DNA from: Chiloscyllium plagiosum
Lineage: Eukaryota
Direction of reading: 5' to 3'
Assembly (NCBI RefSeq): GCF_004010195.1
Contig: NC_057758.1
Location: 2,258,166-2,302,683, forward strand
DNA length: 44,518 nt
Part shown: positions 35,286 to 44,518 of the stretch, piece after piece
How positions within the stretch are numbered: position 1 is the stretch's first letter
Layout: every line of letters begins with the position of its first letter
Program-made: the position numbers and the translations under genes
Notes under the pieces: generated by a model
Seen by the model: only the letters and a program-made list of their open reading frames with translations
Told to the model about the DNA's origin: nothing
Databases searched by the model: none

Positions 35286-36689
35286 ACATGTTTCAAATAT
35301 GTGTGTCAAAGTTGCTCAAACAGTCTGTCCAACACGCATCCATTGTACATGCACTATGTTGGACAGAACGCTTGAGCAACTTTGGCACAGGAAGTGATCA
35401 ACAGCACCAACTGGACAGTTTCACTGATTCTGAACAAGATTCGGCGGGTATCGCCAACTATACGAAGCTCATAGTCAGGCAGAAGAACACAGGGAAATCC
35501 GTCCACTTTAGCAAAAACAAACTTAGGCCAATACTGGAAATATAAACATTCAGATGTACATGTTAAACGTCTTTGGAGTATGTGACAAATTGAATGCGTG
35601 ACAACATGGAGAGACATTTAGAAGAATGAACAAATTAAAATCCAAGTTTACCACATCAACAAACAGAGTACGTTACTGATAACAGAGCTGATGGGTGAAT
35701 CAGACTCGGTGTGAATTGTCGCAGAATCATGCTGTAGAAAATTCAGCTCAAAGTTGGGCATCCATGTGACGCTACAAACGACAGGGGCAACAAAATTGTA
35801 TTCAGTCACATTCTGTAACCTCATTCCGAGAATAGCCCACATAACCATGACCAGCAAGCCAAGCTACGATGCAGTAATGACTGTGAGTGAACATGCCCCG
35901 GACCAGCATCATGTATATCTAACAACGGTGACTACATAGTGTAACTTGATAGCTGCAGGAATATCTGATAGAGAAGGGCGAAATGATCCCATGACCAACG
36001 CACCAGATCTAAGCTCTGCAGTCTTCTCAGTGCAGTTTAAATAGTGATGTTGTATGAAACAGCATATTGGAGGTGGATGCTAAACAAATATCCTTTTTGC
36101 CATGATGGAAGTGTGCAGCACATCAGTGCAAACTACAAGGTGGAAGTATCTCCACAATCTTTCGTGAGATGTGTTGAGTGGATGATCCATCACATCCTCA
36201 GCATGATGTCCACAGAATCACAAATGCTCGATTTCAGTCAATTCGATTTGCTCCAAGTGACATGAAGAAATAGCTGAACACAGTGAACATGACAAAGACA
36301 ATGGGCACCGACACCATTCCTGCAAGTGAACTGAAGACTTGTGCTACACACCACGCCGTGTCCCTGGGGAAGGTGTTTCATTACAGTTCCGACCTGATAA
36401 TGTAGAAAATTATTTTTATGTCACAATTGCCGTCCCACTGTATCATCATGCTAGTCAAATTGGTGGAAGTTTTCTTTAACAAAGCTGTCAAAAAACACTG
36501 TCAAATAACCTGCCGTGTGGTTTGCGATAGGTCCCCATGTGGAGATGGTGCTGTTGGGGAAGTGTCACTGGATCACAATTCCGGATCAGACTAATGTTCT
36601 GACAGCTGGTTAAAAGTATCATAATATATTGAGATCTAAGCACCACTTTGCTTCACCAAAGTGCACCAAAGTAGTAATGCAGGACGTTA

Positions 36690-37270
36690 CTTGAAGATGC
36701 ACCACCTAGAATATTGTGTGCACATTAAGTCTAACTTTTTGAGGAAGGTTGCTTTAGCTCTTGATGGAGTGCAGTGTAGGTTTACCAGGCTGATACTGGG
36801 GATGGCAGTACCGACGTTTGAGGACAGATTGACTCGTCAATGATTGTTTCCTCCAGAGTTCAGGTGAGTGACAGGGCATCTCATAGCAACGTATAAAATT
36901 CTGACAGGATTAGACAGGGTAGATGCAGGAAGGATGTTCCCGATGGTGGGTGCGTCCAGAAGCATGGTTCACAGTCTGAGGATTTGGGGTGGACTATATA
37001 GGACATAGTTGAGGAGACAGTCCTTTACCCAAAGAGTGGTGAGCCTGTGTAATCCCTTACTACATGAAGTCATTGATGCCAAAATAAATAATGTATTGAA
37101 GAGGCGGATAACGACAGCATTTGAGTGGAATTGGGTCAAAGGTTATGGGAAGAAAGCAGGATTTGGCTTTGAGTTAGATTATTAGCCATGACCGTGGTGA
37201 ATGGTAGAGGAGTTTCGAAGGAGTAATTGGCATTCTCCTGCTCCAATGCTCTGTGTTTCTATGTTTGTAT
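36690..37270 (+). mobile_element. CR1 LINE 3' portion
   Basis: HLEYCVH..ALDGVQCRFTRLILGM..FEDRL and YKILTGLDRVDAGRMFP; CR1 tail with (TATGTTTC)-like repeats. Confidence 0.85.
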
Positions 37271-38852
37271 GTTCTATTTCCAGGTAGTGAATCTGTCGTC
37301 TTTTCCTGGTCTTGTTTAATAGCATCTCCAGCGACACAGTCATGTGATTATCTTTGAAATGCTTTCTGAAACGGCCAAGCAAAACTTTCATTTGTTTCAA
37401 ACAATTCATAGGTATTAAAGGGTGAGATCGGAGAGAAGACACGGCTCTGAAAAAAATGGAAAACGTATCGACTGAGCAGAGGCCATCTTCCAAACATCGG
37501 AGAGCTTGTGTCAACATTTACAGAGCTTTCACACAGACTGCAGAGTGAAAGGAGAAGGATCGGGTCATTTAACCTATTGGGTCTTTGCCATTCCAGTTCA
37601 TGGCCGAACATCTTTTTAATACACTTTGTGTATTTCCCTAAATGCGATTAGTTATGGAAAGAAAACAATATAAAATAGAACAGAACTCTCTCTTAAGGTC
37701 CATAAAACGTGCTCCCCTTTTCAATTTCATGATGGCTCATCCTGTATCTCCACGCCACATTCCTGCTGTCTGCCCAGTCCTTTTGTTTCAACACACCAAT
37801 CTACTTTATTTTAATTTATATCCAGTGCTTGGTATTCCACAGCAAATATTCAAGTTCATCAGTTTGTGAGTGAAGACATTTAGTCACATTTCACGAAAGA
37901 ATAGACTGCCCGTACCTCAGGCTGTAACCCCTTGTTTTAGAAATTCCAACCAGGGATTCATCAACACTGCTTTCATTCTGTCTCGCCCCGTCAGGATGTT
38001 ACACATTTATTGAAATGTCTATTCATTTTCCTAATGAGCATCAAATACAGGCCCAGTCAGCTTAGACTCTTCTCACGTAAGGATCGGTTTGCTTCATACC
38101 TTCAGAACAAGTATATGCATTATTTTTAAAATGTCTCTGTGCAGACAGAACTGAAGTATTTGCTTCACATTTGTGCCATTTCCCCGCTTTCCATTCCTCA
38201 TTCTGTGGTTTCAGACTGAAAGGAAGCTGCACGTGTTTTCTCTTACTTTTCCCAGAGATATACTTTGGGATGTTTTGAGAGTTCACTCTTATAATCTTGT
38301 TAATGTATTTTAAAGAAATCGATCAATTTTCCTGTGTTAAGCTACTCAGTGATTGATCTTCTATAATCAAAGGGAGAAAGTGAGGGCTGACGTCTTGGAT
38401 CTTCCGCTCCAGACTTGCAGTCATGCTCTGTTATCTACTCTCTCTGCAGTCAGACATCCCTCAGCTCAGGGCCACACTGTATCAGACCTGCAAAGGACCT
38501 CTGCTGTTCTTCAATCTTAGAGGAATTCACGTACTCAATAAATGTTTTTTTTCTCCACCATATTATACATTGAAGACCTTAAGTACAATAAAATTTCTTG
38601 TACCTACCTCAATACTCGGACTTGCTCAACCCTATTAAAAGCTTCTTTCGGCCTCTGGAACTGCTCCGAGCTCTTCAGCCAGGTCCTGAAACAGTCTCGC
38701 TATCACAGCTACATCAACATAGTCAGCGTCTGCCTGTAGAACCATCTGATCCCGCATGGATACCGCAATATATTCATACAAAGTTTGTGAGGTGATTTGT
38801 AGCTCGGTTGGTCGTTGTTGTGGTTCTGTTCGCAGAGCTGGGAATTTGTGTT

Positions 38853-38892
38853 GCAGACGTTTCATCCCCTGTCGAGGTGACATCCTCAGTGC
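38853..38892 (-). ncRNA. Minimal hammerhead ribozyme motif, opposite-strand copy
   Basis: GCA-CUGAGGA-U-GUCACCUCGACAGGGGAU-GAAAC-GUC-UGC. Confidence 0.55.
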
Positions 38893-39001
38893 TTGGGAGC
38901 CTCCTGTGAAGCGCTTTTGTGGTGTTTCCTCAGGAATTTATAGTGGTCCACTATAAATGCCGGAGGAAACATCACAGAAGCGCTTCACAGGAGGCTCCCA
39001 A

Positions 39002-39041
39002 GCACTGAGGATGTCACCTCGACAGAGGACGAAACGTCTGC
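39002..39041 (+). ncRNA. Minimal type I hammerhead ribozyme motif (PLE type)
   Basis: GCA-CUGAGGA-U-stem II-GAAAC-GUC-UGC; stem I GCA/UGC; predicted cleavage after C39038. Confidence 0.65.
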
Positions 39042-39089
39042 AACACAAATTCCCAAGTCGGTGAACAGAACCACAACAACATACATTCG

Positions 39090-39910
39090 TACAATCACAA
39101 TTTGGCCCTAACACCCTCTGGTTGAAAAGCAATCTTCACATTCTGTCTAAACCTGAAACACTTCACTTTAAATGTGTTCTCCTTTGCGAATGGCCTTCTG
39201 ACTAAAAAGAACCCATCCTGTCCGTACTGCTTGTCAGCTTACCCTTCTGAATCATGTCCTCCTTAGTCTTCTCTGCTTCAAGACAACTAACCCAAGCTTA
39301 TCTAGTCTATCTTCATACCTGATGTATTCAGTCTCGGAGAACATCCTGCTCCAGTATAATCCATCTTTCATGTAATGTGGACCCAGAACTGCACACAGTG
39401 TTCCATTTGTGGTATAACCAAGTTCCTGTACAGCTCTTATATTTTATGGCTTGGTGAAGAAAGGCTATGCCGATGTTCTCTGATGTATTTTTAACTCGTC
39501 TATTAATATGTCCACTCACATTCAGGAATTTGTGGAGAAGCACACTGTGAGCATCCTCATGTTGTGCCATTCATTGAATCTTGACTGGTTTCTTCTTCTA
39601 AAGTGTATCACCTCATATTTAACAGCTTTACATTTCATCTGCTGTTGAGCTAACCATTTGACTATTCCATCTATATCTTCCTGCAACATAAGACCTTCCT
39701 CATCACTGCCAACCGTCTGGCCAGTCTTTGTGTCAAATGCAAACACAGTTATCACCCTCCATATTCACATCTATATCATTTATGAATACTACTAATAATA
39801 AGTGATTTCTGTGGTAACCCAGGAGACATTGGTTTCAAGTCACAAAAACAGCGTTCTACCACCACCTGGTGTCTCCTGCCACTAAGTTGACTTTGGATGC
39901 AACATGACAA
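39090..39910 (-). mobile_element. Decayed CR1 RT C-terminal region
   Basis: FAFDTKTG..LQEDID.IVKW..QMKCKAVKYEVIHF resembles CR1 FADDTK..LQ.DLD.L..W..QM.FN..KCEV.HF. Confidence 0.75.
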
Positions 39911-40059
39911 GTTATTAATTCGTACTTGATCCTTGGTTATTCTGCATCGCTTGACACACCTGTAGAGTACCTGGCAATTCGCCCCAACCTTGCCTGAAAT
40001 TAGTTTCCCATGTCTCTGTTAGTAGTCCCCATTCGAGGGAAGAATTCCTGCGTTTTGCA

Positions 40060-40700
40060 GTCTTAAAGTGCTTGGCCCTGATCATGCTATTATTTGTCTT
40101 GAACGTGGAGTAGACAGCCAGAGAAACATTCTGTTTATTTCCACCTTGCCATTTGTCTGGTGATTTTTCGAAATTACAACATGATCATCCCTCATTCATT
40201 GAAAATGTAGAGAACTTAGGCCAAGTTTTCTCATCAGACAATCTTGCCAATTGAGTGGTTAGTCTGGAGAATACCGATTGCACCTCCTCTGTGATCACTA
40301 TTATTTTTTAGGTTCTGACACTAAAACTGGACATTATACTCCTTGTGCCGTCTCACCAACCCTCTCCGCAAATTCTGCATGCTGTCTTTGCATCGATATT
40401 CCGATTCCCTGAAATGGAGACCAATGTAACTTTAACTTTCCACTTACTTGATCTCCTCCAAATACCCTTCACATTAATATAATTTGCAAAATCACTGTCT
40501 GTGTTCGTACAATCCAATAGTTCGCAAATCCAAATAAACAAAATCCACTGATTCTCCATTGTCTACGCTGCAAGAAACAAATTTAAGCAGTTCTGTAATT
40601 CATCAAGCACGATTTTCATTTCAGAAATGCATACTGATTCTCTCTAATGTTGCTATTAATTTTTAACGAAACAATGTCATATCTTATGTAATAGATTCAA
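40060..40700 (-). mobile_element. Decayed CR1 fragments
   Basis: Patchy similarity to CR1 copies at 13030-13865 and 10058-10414. Confidence 0.45.
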
Positions 40701-42659
40701 CAGATGAGGGCCAGCCAGAGACACCCACGTCTCATGAGCGTTTTAAAAAATAACAGTCAGCATTCCAATCCACCAAGTCCACAGCGGAAAGCATAGGAAT
40801 CATTTCCCGTCAAATTAAAAAGTGTCATTGGTTTCGATTGACAGACGACTCGGAAGAATTCCATGAAAGCTGTGAGATCACAAAGTCGGAAAAACTGCTG
40901 AATAATGAGTTTCAAACAATCAACTTGTTTCTGGTCATATGCAGCCTGAAGGTAAGAGGTCAGACTCTCACGAATTGTGTACAGATAATTTCAACAAACC
41001 AGAGCGAGCAAAGCAGTTATCTTGGAAAACGATTGCAAAGCACGGAGCTGTATGGCAGACAATTAGACATCTGTCTTACATGCATTGTGTCCAACTGGTG
41101 TCAGCAGAACAGATGTAATTGTTTTGGGAAAGTAATTGTCATCTCACTCGATCTCATCTAACATTTAATCAGAATAATCTGCTAAACACCCTTCGATTAT
41201 TACAAGGGGGCTCTGAGTGGATTTCCTCAGTTTTCTTTTAAATTCCCCCATACTGAACGTAGTCTTTTTGAAACGTTGCTGTCTCTACTTTCCCTGGAGA
41301 TTACGTGGTCTGGAATGGGAAATCTATTGTTATTTGGTCGTGACCAAGACAGTACAGTTGAATGGGACAAGCTAGACAGAACAGAATGGGACTTGTTCAT
41401 CCATCCATCAATTATCTTCCAAGTCTCATTACTTCAATGAATCTTCCGTGTGTTTTCTGATTTCTGTGCAGGTGTTTAAAAACGGAACCGTCTAGGGTTC
41501 CGAATGCTGCTGTTACTTTTCCCTAATTTCCCTTGAGGTGAAGGTGCTAACCTGTGTCTTTCCTAAGACATTTCACTGAGATGTTTTAGGAGTCAATCTG
41601 AAATCACAGATAGGACTTCAGGAACATTCTGAGCTATTGACTTAATTCCTTATTTGAATGGTCAAGCTGAAAGAATTATCAGATCCATCCAACCTTCACT
41701 GTTCTCAGTAGATAATATGACCTCATGCCCCATCATACATTAATGTTTTTGCACGTGAAAGAAAGGTGACAAGTTCCGAAAACAAATTATCATAGTATTT
41801 GCTGTACCAAATCTCGGAGGCTCGAGAAAGCGGAAAGCCGTTACTTTGGATAAAATCCAAATGGATCACTAATTCTTTCTTGAGACGGGCACTGTCGTCT
41901 CAGAGAGGAATTTATCGAGTTGCCCATTTCATGGGGGCAGTGACACCTCATTCACTATATATTGCACGCCATAATGATGACGCCAACAATTGACAAATCT
42001 AGCTGTGTGGACAGATATCTCACAACCCATGTGACTGTTGTGTTCTGAAACGATCGCTATAAAAACTAAGGAAGGACTTGCTCCAAATATTTACGGACAA
42101 ATCCATAAGCGACTGGAGTTTGAGTGAATTCACTTGGAAAAAACAAAACTGGCAGTTTGTGCAACACATTGTCATGCAATAAGTATGGTAAACATAAATA
42201 CAATGTATATACGAGAGGAAGGGAGAGGGAGACAGAACAGAACATGAAAGGATTCACGGAAAAATGAGTCAGCAGTCCAGAGTGTGGAGAGAAATTGTAT
42301 TTTTAAATAATCCAAGAACATTTCGCTGGCATTTACAGAAACAAAAAGTGGCTGAATATGCAATTATTCATTACCGGATGACGAGAGGATCTTACAGCAA
42401 TGTTTACGTTCTGTCACTCTTCCCAAAATGAAATATCGAAAAGTGGGTGCCAGGATCATAAGAAGAGACATTATTAGTTCATCACACAGGTACATGTCCA
42501 AAACATCAACCAAAGATTGGTTTAAAGAATGTCTTAAAGAGAAGGTGAACCAGGCAAAGGGAGGCAGCAAGCAGAGGTGAGGGGAAAGATTGAAAAATCG
42601 AAGCATGTACCACCAAATCTGGAGCTCGCCAGAATTCCAGAATTACACGAATGTAGACG

Positions 42660-44518
42660 AATCAGGGTGATGAGATTTGAGGCAGCTAGAGAGATATAGA
42701 GGGACATTAGAGGCTGGAGCAGATTACAGAGCAAAGGAGGTGTGAAGATTTTGGTGAAGAAACTTCAATGTTTGTTGCAAACCTAAGAGAGGGCGAATTG
42801 TCAAGGTATAGGATGGCACAAATTTAGAGAAGGCTGTGTGGGACTGGAAGAGGTGACATGGATAGGGAGGGCAACACCTATTTATGGAGGTTACAGGGAA
42901 AGGAGTATACATTTTGGAAAAGTTTACAAAGATGGGAATAGAGTTAGAGACTCGAGAACTTTACATATATACTGAGGAGTGAACTTAATAGGTAAAGTTA
43001 TAGAGAAATGGTGGGATGTACTGGCTGGAAGTTTATACAGAGATTAGGATGGGTGCAGCTGAGGGTGGACAATTCAGCTTTCGGAAAGGGAGACGGCCTT
43101 GCAAGACACTGCAATATTTGGGAACTGGAAGAGAATGGAGGAGGTCACGGAGATATGGAAGCATGTACGGGCTGAAAGAGGTTGCGGAGATAAGGAATAG
43201 TTTGGAAGCTGAAAGACGTTACAAAGGAAGGGATAGCGGATCCATCTTGTAGACTTTGCAATGAAATGTATGGATGCAGGTGTTAGAGGAGGCGATAGAG
43301 ATAGGAATGAGAAGGAGATGTTGAAGGAAATTACAGAAGAAGTAAGTGTGTAAGAGCTGGAAGAGGTTACACAGTTAGTGAGTGGTGTCAGGACGAGAGG
43401 AGGTTGCAATGTTCGCACAGAAAATTGCAGCTGGTTTTGCATACAAAGTAACGGATCGCAGTCGTGGAGGCACTGATAGTAATTGGGAAAATGTAGCTGT
43501 CGGAGAAGGTTTCAGAGATAGAGGAGAGTAAGGCTGGATTGATCTATGGAGATCGGTTAAAAATGTCAAGGCTTCTACAGTTATAGAAGGGCTAGAAAAG
43601 CTCGTGGAGGTTAGAGGCATGAGGATTTTTGTAGGGGTTGGAGCACATGAAAGAGGTATAGGAGGGAGTAGTACTGGAAGAAACTACACCTGTAGGTGCA
43701 ATGTACATGTTAAACACGTTTGCTATGAGGTAGGAGATGGAGGCAATAACAATTGTGAACAGTGTAGGGACTGGAGTATGTTCCACAAATAGAGAGGGCA
43801 ATACGAGCTGGAAGATGTTTCGGAGGTCAGAGTGCCGATGTTGGAGACGGTTGCACATGTAAGGAAAGTTACAGGTGCAAGAGGACATGACACAGAGATA
43901 GATGCGTAACGATGCTGAAGGAAATTACAGAGATAGTGAGGAGTGAAGGTTTTGAAGGAAAGTGCAGAGGTATGGAAGAGAGTATCGAATGTTACAGTAG
44001 TAAAGAGATGTGTACCAGCTGGAGTAGACTCCAGTGAGAGGGATGACTATATATTTTTGAGCGGGTTACGGAGATAGTGAGGGTTATTCCAACTGGAAGA
44101 GATTATAGAGATATGAAGGGCGAGACAAAGTTACAGAGCTACACAACGTTGTGCATTCCAGGGCCAATTACGATAATGAGGACGTGATGTAAGAGTTGGA
44201 GGATGTTTCAGAGATAGCGAGAGGTTTAGGGTCAGGGTAAAGCTAAAGAGATAGGAAGAGAGGGAGAAGGTTACAGATACATGAAGGGATTTAGAGGCGA
44301 GGGGAATCCGTAGAGCCAGGGAGGAGATCGATAGTGGCATATGAACGAGAGGAATTTACAGAGATCGCAGAATGTGTAAGAGGTGGAAAATGTTACAGAG
44401 GTAAGGACGGGTTTGAAGGCTGGAGAATTTTACAAAGACAGAATCTAGGGGCTGGAGCACATTGCAGATATCGGGAGGGATGTGGGTACTGGAGGGTTTT
44501 ACACAAATAGCGAGTGAT
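42660..44518. repeat. Purine-rich degenerate minisatellite, about 37-bp unit (near GGCTGGAGGAGGTTACAGAGATAGGGAGG...), running off the window end
   Basis: TTACA anchors at 44356, 44393 and 44430 (37-bp spacing); recurrent CTGGA..GTTACAGAGATA. Confidence 0.8.

Larger units (their letters stand above)
38814..39080. repeat. 267-bp near-perfect palindrome made of two inverted PLE termini (1-nt spacer at 38947)
   Basis: Centre ATTTATAGTGG-T-CCACTATAAAT; 133-bp arms without indels. Confidence 0.95.

Noticed and set aside
37182..37611. Minus-strand exon after a good acceptor (TCCTTTCACTCTGCAG)
   Set aside because: No recognisable protein or donor site; the ORFs run into a CR1 tail
42660..44518. Ser/Leu/Thr-rich ORFs on the minus strand
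   Set aside because: Translations of the purine-rich minisatellite

Overview
This is repeat-rich vertebrate genomic DNA, most likely from a shark. That assignment is inferred from an HE1-like V-SINE, SacSINE1-like SINEs, CR1 LINEs, Penelope-like element (PLE) termini and a GPR139-like receptor exon. I see no intact protein-coding gene and no prokaryotic features. There are two assembly gaps (1548-1834 and 5868-6367). Five structures stand out. (1) An inverted segmental duplication of about 90% identity by eye (397-5732 vs 18762-25617). (2) A 2.54-kb insertion found only in the right arm (18983-21521), flanked by a perfect 10-bp direct repeat (CAGGGAAAGT) that occurs once at the empty site in the left arm. 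It carries an unspliced GPR139-like GPCR exon with a single in-frame stop. (3) A defective HERV-I/HERVIP-like class I endogenous retrovirus (25331-31936) with a tRNA-Pro primer site and several signs of being a chimera of different proviruses. (4) Many PLE fragments with minimal hammerhead-ribozyme motifs, including a 267-bp palindrome with one motif on each strand (38814-39080). (5) Three degenerate minisatellites (23, 26 and about 37 bp). Family assignments come from motif recognition by eye, not database searches, and boundaries of old repeats are approximate.
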